Origin: Eledone cirrhosa
Lineage: Eukaryota
Reading direction: 5' to 3'
Assembly: GCA_964016885.1 (NCBI GenBank)
Contig: OZ024744.1
Span: 29,140,001-29,204,000 of the forward strand
DNA length: 64,000 bases
Part shown: one piece after another, positions 24,010-36,445 of the stretch
Position numbering within the stretch: the stretch's first letter is position 1
How the letters are laid out: each line of letters starts with the position of its first letter
The notes under the pieces: model-generated
What the model was told of the DNA's origin: nothing
Databases searched by the model: none
Seen by the model: only the letters and a program-made list of their open reading frames with translations
Translations under genes and position numbers: made by a program

Positions 24010-27004
24010 GAGATATGGCCACTGAGGAGATGAATGCTGACGGGCTAGGACAAGATTCGGTTGACATCCTAAATTTAGTGGTAGATGAATTGAACAATGA
24101 TAGTGGGAGACCTATGAACCTAAGATTTGTAGACAGGAAAAAGTTAAAAGAAACAACAGCTAAGGTAAACAAAGTCATCCCATACCTTGAGGCGAGGAGC
24201 CTTCACCAGTGCAACAATATCCTCAAAGCAACAGCAAATACGGTGAGGAAACTACTTGGTATAAAAGCGAGAGGAAACAACAGACAAGAAAGAGCAGAGC
24301 CGTGGTGGAAGAAGCGACTGAGTGGGCAAATCGGGGAAATGAGAAATGACATAGGAAAGCTTGAGTCACTACTGAATGGGACACTAAAAAACATAGGCAC
24401 TAAAAATAGACTGGAAATAAAATACAAAACAAGGAAGAAAAAGCTAAATATTATCATAGAGGAACTGAAGCAACGCATTGTAGCAAAGAGTGCAAAAATC
24501 AGGCGATACGAGAACAGAGTCAGTCAGTATAAACAGAACCGCATGTTCGACAACAACCAGAAGATGCTGTTTGGACAGCTTGAGGGGAAAGAAAGAGGCA
24601 ACGACTTGATCCCTGGGGCGGAGCAAACTAAAACATTCTGGAGAGGAATATGGGAGCAGGATGTTAGACACAATGCTCAGGCAGGGTGGATTGAGACAGT
24701 ACAGAGGGAGATCGGTGAGCAGGCACAACAACAAACTGATTTGAGTATGACAGTTGAAACTCTTAAGGGGCAGGCCAAAAAACTAACCAACTGGAAATCA
24801 CCAGGCCCAGATGGTGTGCAGGGGTATTGGATTAAACATTTAACATCCCTCCACCCGAAGCTGACGGCCATGTTCAATGACTGCTTGGTGTCGGGTGAGG
24901 TGCTAGAGTGGTTGACAAAAGATACCACAGTTCTGATAATGAAAGACCGAATCAAGGGTAATGATGTTACCAACTATAGACCTATCACATGTCTGTCCGT
25001 AATGTGGAAACTGTTGACGAGCATTGTGTCTGAGGAAATCTACCATCACCTCCACACAAACAACTTGTTACCGGACGAACAGAAAGGATGCCGAAAGAAG
25101 TCACGTGGTACAAAGGACCAGTTACTTATTGATAAGATGGTAATGGGGAATTGCAGGAGGAGACACACTGATCTTGCCATGGGATGGATAGACTACAGAA
25201 AGGCATTTGACATGGTGCCTCATTCCTGGATCACCAAAAGCCTGGAGATCTTCAGGGTGGCAGATAACATCAGACAGTTGCTAGGCAGGAGTATGGGGTC
25301 CTGGGAGACAGAGTTGACATCAACTGGAGTATCCTTGGGAAACGTGAAGATCAAGAGAGGTATCTTCCAGGGAGATAGCCTGTCCCCTCTGTTGTTTGTC
25401 CTTGCCCTGATGCCCTTGACCATTATGCTGCGAAAAGCGAGAGCAGGATACAAGTTGGGAAGGGGAGAGCTTACCATCAATCACCTCCTCTTCTTGGACG
25501 ATCTTAAGCTCTTCGGGAAAAGTGAGAAGGAGTTGGATGTGCTTGTTGACACTGTCCGTATTTTCAGCAGTGATATATGTATGCAGTTTGGTATTGGTAA
25601 ATGTGGAGTCATTGTGATGAAGAGGGGTAGGTTGGGCAGAAGTAACGGGATCCAGATACCAACAGGTGAGATGATAAAGGAAATTGACTCTGAGGAAGGA
25701 TACAAGTATTTGGGCGTTCTGGAGGCTGATGGCATAAAGAACAAAAAAATGAAGGAATTGTTAAGAACTGAATACATTCGGAGAGTAAGGAGCGTATTGA
25801 AGTCACATCTGAACAGCAGAAATGCCATAAGCGCAGTAAATTCCCGACCTGTGTCTATTATTAGGTACAGTGCGGGAATTCTGAGATGGAATGTTGCTGA
25901 ACAAAAAGAAATGGATAGGAAGACTAGGAAGCTATTGACTATCTACAACATGTTCCACAAGAGGAGTGATGTCGATAGACTCTACCTAAGGAGATCTGAG
26001 GGTGGAAGAGGTCTTATCAGCATAGAGGACTGTGTTCAGATGGAGAAAAACAACCTATACAAATACGTGACCTATAGTAAGGAGCCAATGCTCAGAACTG
26101 TACTGAAGGAGGGGACAGTAGGCCAGGGGATGTCCAAGGAGGAAATAACATCAAGGAGGAAGAGCAGCCTTAAGGGAAAATCCCTTCATAGTACCTTCTT
26201 TGAGAAAACTGAATTTAGAGATCCACAGACATGGAACTGGTTGAGAAGAGGAGACCTCAAAAAGGCTACAGAAGGAATGCTAATGGCTGCGCAGGAGCAG
26301 GCCCTCAAAACGAAGTGGTTGAAGCACCATATCTACAAGGAGGAGGCTAGCCCACTGTGCAGGATCTGTGGAGAGAGAGAGGAGACTGTGGCTCACATTG
26401 TGTCCGAGTGTAAACACCTAGCCCAGACCCACTATAAAGGCTGGAGACACGATGTGATGGGCAGGGTGATCCACTGGCACCTGTGCAAAGTAAACAATTT
26501 ACCACATTCTGAGAAATGGTATGAGCATAGGCCAGAGGCGGTGATGGAGAACAATCAGGTGAAGGTGCTGTGGGATTTTAGGATACAGACGGACAAAAAA
26601 CTGGAACACAATAGACCTGACCTGGTGGTTGTGGACAAAGAAAAAAGATCGTGTCTGATTGTGGATGTGGCCTTCCCGTTCGACACGAGAGTGCAAGAGA
26701 AGGAGAGGGAGAAAATTAACCGATACCAGGACCTAAAGTGGGAGGTGAAAAGGATTTGGAACTGCCATGAAGTCAAAGTGATCCCGATTGTCATAGGCGC
26801 ACTGGGGACTATCTCCAAAAGTTTCCAGGGATGGTTAAAGGAAATCGGCCCCTTCACGCTTTTTGGAACGCTTCAAAAGGCATGCTTGCTTGGAACAGCA
26901 AGAACCCTCCGATACGTCCTGAATATCTGAGGCTGCAGGTAGTGGCTTGATATTCAATCCAACGGACTTTCCAGTTAACCAACATCAATGCCTGAGATTC
27001 AAGG
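24006..27004 (+). mobile_element. Family B 5'-truncated copy B5 with open 971-aa ORF (24015-26930); tail 27005-27091
   Basis: Starts inside the ORF right after the B4 tail. Confidence 0.93.
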
Positions 27005-27016
27005 AATAACAACAAC

Positions 27017-27087
<71 letters not shown>

Positions 27088-27092
<5 letters not shown>

Positions 27093-27645
27093 GGGAATTG
27101 CAGGAGGAGACACACTGATCTTGCCATGGGATGGATAGACTACAGAAAGGCATTTGACATGGTGCCTCATTCTTGGATCACCAAAAGCCTGGAGATCTTC
27201 AAGGTGGCAGATAACATCAGGCAGTTGTTGGGCAGGAGTATGGGGTCCTGGGAGACAGAGTTGACATCAACTGGAGAATCCTTGGGAAGCGTGAAGATCA
27301 AGAGAGGTATCTTCCAGGGAGATAGCCTGTCCCCTCTGTTGTTTGTCCTTGCCCTGATGCCCCTGACCAGTGTACTGCGAAAAGTGAGAGCAGGATACAG
27401 GTTGGGAAAGGGAGGGCTTACCATCAATCACTTCCTCTTCATGGACGATCTTAAGCTCTTCGGGAAGAGTGAGGAGTTGGATGTGCTTGTTGACACTGTC
27501 CATATTTTCAGCAGTGATATATGTATGCAGTTTGGTATTAGTAAGTGTGGAGTCATTGTGATGAGGAGGGGTAGGTTGAGCAGAAGTAACGGAATCCAGA
27601 TACCAACAGGTGAGATGATAAAGGAAATTGACTCTGAGGAAGGAT
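27088..27645 (+). mobile_element. Family B RT fragment B6 (duplicate of B3)
   Basis: Same as 17750-18307. Confidence 0.9.
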
Positions 27646-28062
27646 TTTGTCGCTGTGGTGGTGGTGGCGGTGGCGGCTTTAACACCTGAAGTCATTGGTA
27701 ATGGCGGGTAATGAATGTCTGCCTGAGACAAATTTAAAATATTGCTACTACTTATATTTTTAGTCTTGGCAAACGTAGTAATATTTACAATGGTGGTGTC
27801 GGTGTGCGGTGTTAGTTTGTGAGGAAGGTGTGAATCTGAGTCGTTCATGGTTTTTCAAAGAAATATCTTTGTTTGATAATTATAAAAGTTTAAATTTTGG
27901 GTTCAAGGCCCCAATCTTTTTGAGTGTCTTTTTCAGAAAACAATGTATGTACACTTATATACAGTTATAAATAAAAAATTTCCGTAAATAGCAATTTTAA
28001 ACAACTGAAAATAACAAACCTTTGCGGAGCTCACGATAATACGATTTACTACGTAGGTCGCC
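27646..28062 (-). mobile_element. Orphan T1-type 5' end (duplicate)
   Basis: Same as 18308-18724. Confidence 0.9.
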
Positions 28063-28072
28063 AATAATAATA

Positions 28073-28139
<67 letters not shown>

Positions 28140-28143
<4 letters not shown>

Positions 28144-28699
28144 AGAATTGGTGGGAGCATCAACCACCTCCCATACTTGAAAAAGATCACATCTCAATCT
28201 TGTGGAACTTTAGCATCCAAACAGACCGAAAAATAGATGCAAATAGACCTGATATAATATTGAAGGACTTTCAAAGGAGGGTATGCCTGCTAATTGATAT
28301 GTCTGTTCCAATAGACAAGAATGTATCTATAAAAACATTTGAAAAATTGAGCAAGTATAAGGACCTGGAGATAGAAATTGGAAAAATGTGGAAATTGAGA
28401 ACTAAAACAATACCAGTGGTTGTAGGCGCTCTGGGAATGATACCTAAGGGGTCTAACGACTACTTATCGCAAATCCCAGGAAACCCGCGTATAGGAGAAA
28501 TACAAAAGATAGTACTAATGGGAACTGCCCATATACTAAGGAAGATCCTGTCAATATAAGTACATCACAAGTCTAAACACTAAGGATGCATGTGTGAATA
28601 TGTGTGTTCTTTCTTGAACATGGCGGACCTTGTTGTCTCTTGAGGTCACTGGTTGTGACTTGGTGATAACTCGTATAAACATAAAGCAAGATAAATGCA
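28140..28699 (+). mobile_element. Family A truncated copy A3 (duplicate of A2); tail to 28785
   Basis: ORF 28200-28559. Confidence 0.92.
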
Positions 28700-28785
<86 letters not shown>

Positions 28786-31700
28786 GGGAAGAAGACGCAC
28801 GAGGTGACGGAGGTCATGAAATCGCTCCCGTAAGTTTTGAATTTTTAACATATTTAAACCATTTGTGAAATAACAACTCTTAGTACAAATGCTACGTAAA
28901 GCACCCGGCTTGAGCCCCAAAAAATTCGGACCCAAAATATATTGTTATAAGGCTCAAATATTCAAATATTCAACTTTGTATTGTACACTGTATATCCAAA
29001 AAAGAAAATGGCTATAAATGGAAGAAGAACCCCCCCCCCCCTCCTCCTCTGTATACACTATATAGAACAGCCAAACTCACCAACACCAGAAACTAGATAC
29101 ACCACCCACCCTATCACCTGTGTACACTAAACCACCACCGATCACTACGGCCATCATTACAACCATTATCCCATCACCGCCGCCACCACCCCTTCACTCC
29201 TTCACTGCTGCCACCGCTACAGCACCATCGCTACAGTAATACGGTCACATCACCGCCACCACTGTCTCGGTATCGACATCACCACCACCACTGTCTCAGT
29301 ATCGCTACCGCCGCCAGTCTCCCACTTCTTCTTTTAGCTGGCTGCTGCCACCACATTATAGAATCCCTACTGCTAAAAAAGAGGAAGGCATCAAAATATA
29401 TAGATAGACTCAAAAGAAAAAAGAAAAAATAAACAACAAAAGCAGCACAGCAACAACAGTAAAAAACGAGAAAAACAGAGAAAAACAAAAACAAAAAAAG
29501 AAACCCCCAAAACGTAAAGAAAATAAGAATGAAGAGAGAGGCAGGCGGACGGACAGAGAAGAGGGGGGAAAAAGTAAAACTTAAAAAACAAAAACTAAGT
29601 CAGACATTCGAATACTACATTACAATGAAACTTATGCTTATTCATTTTTGGGGCCCTTTCTGCCCGTGTGTTTGTTTGTTTATGTGTGTCCGTATACAGC
29701 GTGGTGATAATGCCACACAAGGGCCAAGTGGGATGGCGGATCCACAGATGGCTATGTAAACATACATTCGCCAATCCTCGATAAGAGTGTTTAAATATCG
29801 AACATAAACAGTTCGAATAACGGTGAAATGGAGACTAGAACGTCATGTGACAGACTCTCACCCAACAGGTGCCCCCTGGCTCAGCAGCAGGAACCTGACT
29901 GTCAACGAAATACTGCTGATGTTGGAGGAAGAAGAAGAAGGAAAGGGGCCAGAACCAACTGGACGAAAGAATTGAATAGAACTGTTATGCAATGCTACCT
30001 GAAAAGTAACCCCAAGGAGAGGGGCTACAGGAGACGGATGCATAACATCTGGAACGAGATTGGTTTATTTAAATTAGATGAACAAAAATTGGCCGGGCAG
30101 GCTCGGGTAATAAGAACTAATGGGTGGATAAGCGAGCTGGAACTGGAGGAACTGAGCAGAGAGAATGGCTTGGAGATGGCGGGTGTAGTATGCCAGACAA
30201 GCGAGCCGGCGGGAAATGAAGGTGAGGAGGTCCTGAGAGCGGAGGAACCACCCGAAGCAGACAATGATCTGAATACTGAGATAAATAATACCTGGAACAG
30301 AGATACGGCCACTGAGGAGATGAATGCTGACGGGCTAGGACAAGATTCGGTTGACATCCTAAATTTAGTGGTAGATGAGTTGAACAATGATAGTGGGAGA
30401 CCTATGAACCTAAGATTTGTAGACAGGAAAAAGTTAAAAGAAACAACAGCTAAGGTAAACAAAGTCATCCCATACCTTGAGGCGAGGAGTCTTCACCAGT
30501 GCAACAATATCCTCAAAGCAACAGCAAATACGGTGAGGAAACTACTTGGTATAAAAGCGAGAGGAAACAACAGACAAGAAAGAGCAGAGCCGTGGTGGAA
30601 GAAGCGACTGAGTGGGCAAATCGGGGAAATGAGAAATGACATAGGAAAGCTTGAGTCACTACTGAATGGGACACTAAAAAACATAGGCACTAAAAATAGA
30701 CTGGAAATAAAATACAAAACTAGGAGTAAAAAGCTAAATATTATCATAGAGGAATTGAAGCAACGCATTGTAGCAAAGAGTGCCAAAATCAGGCGATACG
30801 AGAACAGAGTCAGTCAGTATAAACAGAACCGCATGTTCGACAACAACCAGAAGATGCTGTTTGGACAGCTTGAGGGGAAAGAAAGAGGCACCGACTTGAT
30901 CCCTGGGGCGGAACAAGCTAAAACATTCTGGAGAGGAATATGGGAGCAGGATGTTAGACACAATGCCCAGGCAGGGTGGATTGAGACAGTACAGAGGGAG
31001 ATCGGTGAGCAGGCACAGCAACAGACTGATTTGAGTATCACAGTTGAAACTCTTAAGGGGCAAGCCAAAAAACTAACCAACTGGAAATCACCAGGCCCAG
31101 ATGGTGTGCAGGGGTATTGGATTAAACATTTAACATCCCTCCACCCGAAGCTGACGGCCATGTTCAATGACTGCTTGGTGTCGGGTGAGGTGCCAGAGTG
31201 GTTGACAAAAGGTACCACAGTTCTGATAATGAAAGACCGAATCAAGGGTAATGATGTTACCAACTATAGACCTATCACATGTCTGCCCGTAATGTGGAAA
31301 CTGTTGACGAGCATTGTGTCTGAGGAAATCTACCATCACCTCCACACAAACAACTTGTTGCCGGACGAACAGAAAGGATGCCGAAAGAAGTCACGTGGTA
31401 CAAAGGACCAGTTGCTTATTGATAAGATGGTAATGGGGAATTGCAGGAGGAGACACACTGATCTTGCCATGGGATGGATAGACTACAGAAAGGCATTTGA
31501 CATGGTGCCTCATTCCTGGATCACCAAAAGCCTGGAGATCTTCGGGGTGGCAGATAACATCAGAGAGTTGCTGGGCAGGAGTATGGGGTCCTGGGAGACA
31601 GAGTTGACATCAACTGGAGTATCCTTGGGAAGCGTGAAGATCAAGAGAGGTATCTTCCAGGGAGATAGCCTGTCCCCTCTGTTGTTTGTCCTTGCCCTGA

Positions 31701-33294
31701 TGCCCTTGACCATTATGCTGCGAAAAGTGAGAGCAGGATACAAGTTGGGAAGGGGAGAGCTTACCATCAATCACCTCCTCTTCATGGACGATCTTAAGCT
31801 CTTCGGGAAAAGTGAGAAGGAGTTGGATGTGCTTGTTGACACTGTCCGTATTTTCAGCAGTGATATATGTATGCAGTTTGGTATTGGTAAATGTGGAGTC
31901 ATTGTGATGAGGAGGGGTAGGTTGAGCAGAAGTAACGGGATCCAGATACCAACAGGTGAGATGATAAAGGAAATTGACTCTGAGGAAGGATACAAGTATT
32001 TGGGCGTTCTGGAGGCTGATGGCATAAAGAACAAAAAAATGAAGGAATTGTTAAGAACTGAATACATTCGGAGAGTAAGGAGCGTATTGAAGTCACATCT
32101 GAACAGCAGAAATGCCATAAGCGCAGTAAATTCCCGAGCTGTGTCTATTATTAGGTACAGTGCGGGAATTCTGAGATGGAATGTTGCTGAACAAAAAGAA
32201 ATGGATAGGAAGACTAGGAAGCTATTGACTATCTACAACATGTTCCACAAGAGGAGTGATGTCGATAGACTCTACCTAAGGAGATCTGAGGGTGGAAGAG
32301 GTCTTATCAGCATAGAGGACTGTGTTCAGATGGAGAAAAACAACCTATACAAATACGTGACCTATAGTAAGGAGCCAATGCTCAGAGCTGTACTGAAGGA
32401 GGGGAGAGTAGGCCAGGGGATACCCAAGGAGGAAATAACATCAAGGAGGAAGAGCAGCCTTAAGGGAAAATCCCTTCATAGTACCTTCTTTGAGAAAACT
32501 GAATTTAGAGATCCACAGACATGGAACTGGTTGAGAAGAGGAGACCTCAAAAAGGCTACAGAAGGAATGCTAATGGCTGCGCAGGAGCAGGCCCTCAAAA
32601 CGAAGTGGTTGAAGCACCATATCTACAAGGAGGAGGCTAGCCCACTGTGCAGGATCTGTGGAGAGAGAGAGGAGACTGTGGCTCACATTGTGTCCGAGTG
32701 TAAACACCTAGCCCAGACCCACTATAAGGGCTGGAGACACGATGTGATGGGCAGGGTGATCCACTGGCACCTGTGCAAAGTAAACAATCTACCACATTCT
32801 GAGAAATGGTATGAGCATAGGCCAGAGGCGGTGATGGAGAACAGTCAGGTGAAGGTGCTGTGGGATTTTAGGATACAGACGGACAAAAAACTGGAACACA
32901 ATAGACCTGACCTGGTGGTTGTGGACAAAGAAAAAAGATCGTGCCTGATTGTGGATGTGGCCTGCCCGTTCGACACGAGAGTGCAAGAGAAGGAGAGGGA
33001 GAAAATTAACCGATACCAGGACCTAAAGTGGGAGGTGAAAAGGATTTGGAACTGCCATGAAGTCAAAGTGATCCCGATTGTCATAGGCGCACTGGGGACT
33101 ATCTCCAAAGGTTTCCAGGGATGGTTAAAGAAAATCGGCCCCTTCACGCTTTTTGGAACGCTTCAAAAGGCATGCTTGCTTGGAACGGCAAGAACCCTCC
33201 GATACGTCCTGAATATCTGAGGCTGCAGGTAGTGGCTTGATATTCAATCCAACGGACTTTCCAGTTAACCAACATCAATGACTGAGATTCAAGG
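28786..33294 (+). mobile_element. Full-length family B element B7 (duplicate of B4)
   Basis: Same leader, ORF and 3'UTR. Confidence 0.95.
29828..33220 (+). CDS. Intact 1130-aa RT-RLE protein (identical to 20488-23880)
   Basis: ORF track. Confidence 0.93.
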   Translation: METRTSCDRLSPNRCPLAQQQEPDCQRNTADVGGRRRRKGARTNWTKELNRTVMQCYLKSNPKERGYRRRMHNIWNEIGLFKLDEQKLAGQARVIRTNGWISELELEELSRENGLEMAGVVCQTSEPAGNEGEEVLRAEEPPEADNDLNTEINNTWNRDTATEEMNADGLGQDSVDILNLVVDELNNDSGRPMNLRFVDRKKLKETTAKVNKVIPYLEARSLHQCNNILKATANTVRKLLGIKARGNNRQERAEPWWKKRLSGQIGEMRNDIGKLESLLNGTLKNIGTKNRLEIKYKTRSKKLNIIIEELKQRIVAKSAKIRRYENRVSQYKQNRMFDNNQKMLFGQLEGKERGTDLIPGAEQAKTFWRGIWEQDVRHNAQAGWIETVQREIGEQAQQQTDLSITVETLKGQAKKLTNWKSPGPDGVQGYWIKHLTSLHPKLTAMFNDCLVSGEVPEWLTKGTTVLIMKDRIKGNDVTNYRPITCLPVMWKLLTSIVSEEIYHHLHTNNLLPDEQKGCRKKSRGTKDQLLIDKMVMGNCRRRHTDLAMGWIDYRKAFDMVPHSWITKSLEIFGVADNIRELLGRSMGSWETELTSTGVSLGSVKIKRGIFQGDSLSPLLFVLALMPLTIMLRKVRAGYKLGRGELTINHLLFMDDLKLFGKSEKELDVLVDTVRIFSSDICMQFGIGKCGVIVMRRGRLSRSNGIQIPTGEMIKEIDSEEGYKYLGVLEADGIKNKKMKELLRTEYIRRVRSVLKSHLNSRNAISAVNSRAVSIIRYSAGILRWNVAEQKEMDRKTRKLLTIYNMFHKRSDVDRLYLRRSEGGRGLISIEDCVQMEKNNLYKYVTYSKEPMLRAVLKEGRVGQGIPKEEITSRRKSSLKGKSLHSTFFEKTEFRDPQTWNWLRRGDLKKATEGMLMAAQEQALKTKWLKHHIYKEEASPLCRICGEREETVAHIVSECKHLAQTHYKGWRHDVMGRVIHWHLCKVNNLPHSEKWYEHRPEAVMENSQVKVLWDFRIQTDKKLEHNRPDLVVVDKEKRSCLIVDVACPFDTRVQEKEREKINRYQDLKWEVKRIWNCHEVKVIPIVIGALGTISKGFQGWLKKIGPFTLFGTLQKACLLGTARTLRYVLNI

Positions 33295-33306
33295 AATAAC
33301 AATAAC

Positions 33307-33345
<39 letters not shown>

Positions 33346-33349
<4 letters not shown>

Positions 33350-36344
33350 GAGATATGGCCACTGAGGAGATGAATGCTGACGGGCTAGGACAAGATTCGG
33401 TTGACATCCTAAATTTAGTGGTAGATGAATTGAACAATGATAGTGGGAGACCTATGAACCTAAGATTTGTAGACAGGAAAAAGTTAAAAGAAACAACAGC
33501 TAAGGTAAACAAAGTCATCCCATACCTTGAGGCGAGGAGCCTTCACCAGTGCAACAATATCCTCAAAGCAACAGCAAATACGGTGAGGAAACTACTTGGT
33601 ATAAAAGCGAGAGGAAACAACAGACAAGAAAGAGCAGAGCCGTGGTGGAAGAAGCGACTGAGTGGGCAAATCGGGGAAATGAGAAATGACATAGGAAAGC
33701 TTGAGTCACTACTGAATGGGACACTAAAAAACATAGGCACTAAAAATAGACTGGAAATAAAATACAAAACAAGGAAGAAAAAGCTAAATATTATCATAGA
33801 GGAACTGAAGCAACGCATTGTAGCAAAGAGTGCAAAAATCAGGCGATACGAGAACAGAGTCAGTCAGTATAAACAGAACCGCATGTTCGACAACAACCAG
33901 AAGATGCTGTTTGGACAGCTTGAGGGGAAAGAAAGAGGCAACGACTTGATCCCTGGGGCGGAGCAAACTAAAACATTCTGGAGAGGAATATGGGAGCAGG
34001 ATGTTAGACACAATGCTCAGGCAGGGTGGATTGAGACAGTACAGAGGGAGATCGGTGAGCAGGCACAACAACAAACTGATTTGAGTATGACAGTTGAAAC
34101 TCTTAAGGGGCAGGCCAAAAAACTAACCAACTGGAAATCACCAGGCCCAGATGGTGTGCAGGGGTATTGGATTAAACATTTAACATCCCTCCACCCGAAG
34201 CTGACGGCCATGTTCAATGACTGCTTGGTGTCGGGTGAGGTGCTAGAGTGGTTGACAAAAGATACCACAGTTCTGATAATGAAAGACCGAATCAAGGGTA
34301 ATGATGTTACCAACTATAGACCTATCACATGTCTGTCCGTAATGTGGAAACTGTTGACGAGCATTGTGTCTGAGGAAATCTACCATCACCTCCACACAAA
34401 CAACTTGTTACCGGACGAACAGAAAGGATGCCGAAAGAAGTCACGTGGTACAAAGGACCAGTTACTTATTGATAAGATGGTAATGGGGAATTGCAGGAGG
34501 AGACACACTGATCTTGCCATGGGATGGATAGACTACAGAAAGGCATTTGACATGGTGCCTCATTCCTGGATCACCAAAAGCCTGGAGATCTTCAGGGTGG
34601 CAGATAACATCAGACAGTTGCTAGGCAGGAGTATGGGGTCCTGGGAGACAGAGTTGACATCAACTGGAGTATCCTTGGGAAACGTGAAGATCAAGAGAGG
34701 TATCTTCCAGGGAGATAGCCTGTCCCCTCTGTTGTTTGTCCTTGCCCTGATGCCCTTGACCATTATGCTGCGAAAAGCGAGAGCAGGATACAAGTTGGGA
34801 AGGGGAGAGCTTACCATCAATCACCTCCTCTTCTTGGACGATCTTAAGCTCTTCGGGAAAAGTGAGAAGGAGTTGGATGTGCTTGTTGACACTGTCCGTA
34901 TTTTCAGCAGTGATATATGTATGCAGTTTGGTATTGGTAAATGTGGAGTCATTGTGATGAAGAGGGGTAGGTTGGGCAGAAGTAACGGGATCCAGATACC
35001 AACAGGTGAGATGATAAAGGAAATTGACTCTGAGGAAGGATACAAGTATTTGGGCGTTCTGGAGGCTGATGGCATAAAGAACAAAAAAATGAAGGAATTG
35101 TTAAGAACTGAATACATTCGGAGAGTAAGGAGCGTATTGAAGTCACATCTGAACAGCAGAAATGCCATAAGCGCAGTAAATTCCCGACCTGTGTCTATTA
35201 TTAGGTACAGTGCGGGAATTCTGAGATGGAATGTTGCTGAACAAAAAGAAATGGATAGGAAGACTAGGAAGCTATTGACTATCTACAACATGTTCCACAA
35301 GAGGAGTGATGTCGATAGACTCTACCTAAGGAGATCTGAGGGTGGAAGAGGTCTTATCAGCATAGAGGACTGTGTTCAGATGGAGAAAAACAACCTATAC
35401 AAATACGTGACCTATAGTAAGGAGCCAATGCTCAGAACTGTACTGAAGGAGGGGACAGTAGGCCAGGGGATGTCCAAGGAGGAAATAACATCAAGGAGGA
35501 AGAGCAGCCTTAAGGGAAAATCCCTTCATAGTACCTTCTTTGAGAAAACTGAATTTAGAGATCCACAGACATGGAACTGGTTGAGAAGAGGAGACCTCAA
35601 AAAGGCTACAGAAGGAATGCTAATGGCTGCGCAGGAGCAGGCCCTCAAAACGAAGTGGTTGAAGCACCATATCTACAAGGAGGAGGCTAGCCCACTGTGC
35701 AGGATCTGTGGAGAGAGAGAGGAGACTGTGGCTCACATTGTGTCCGAGTGTAAACACCTAGCCCAGACCCACTATAAAGGCTGGAGACACGATGTGATGG
35801 GCAGGGTGATCCACTGGCACCTGTGCAAAGTAAACAATTTACCACATTCTGAGAAATGGTATGAGCATAGGCCAGAGGCGGTGATGGAGAACAATCAGGT
35901 GAAGGTGCTGTGGGATTTTAGGATACAGACGGACAAAAAACTGGAACACAATAGACCTGACCTGGTGGTTGTGGACAAAGAAAAAAGATCGTGTCTGATT
36001 GTGGATGTGGCCTTCCCGTTCGACACGAGAGTGCAAGAGAAGGAGAGGGAGAAAATTAACCGATACCAGGACCTAAAGTGGGAGGTGAAAAGGATTTGGA
36101 ACTGCCATGAACTCAAAGTGATCCCGATTGTCATAGGCGCACTGGGGACTATCTCCAAAAGTTTCCAGGGATGGTTAAAGAAAATCGGCCCCTTCACGCT
36201 TTTTGGAACGCTTCAAAAGGCATGCTTGCTTGGAACAGCAAGAACCCTCCGATACGTCCTGAATATCTGAGGCTGCAGGTAGTGGCTTGATATTCAATCC
36301 AACGGACTTTCCAGTTAACCAACATCAATGACTGAGATTCAAGG
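33346..36344 (+). mobile_element. Family B truncated copy B8 (971-aa ORF 33355-36270); tail 36345-36440
   Basis: ORF track; same truncation point as B5. Confidence 0.93.
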
Positions 36345-36353
36345 AATAACAAC

Positions 36354-36441
<88 letters not shown>

Positions 36442-36445
36442 TATA

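Larger units (their letters stand above)
17337..36014. repeat. Direct tandem duplication with a ~9340-bp unit (about 17337-26674 and 26675-36014)
   Basis: Every ORF recurs at offset 9338-9341. Visible length differences are one AAT unit and one C in a homopolymer. Confidence 0.95.
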
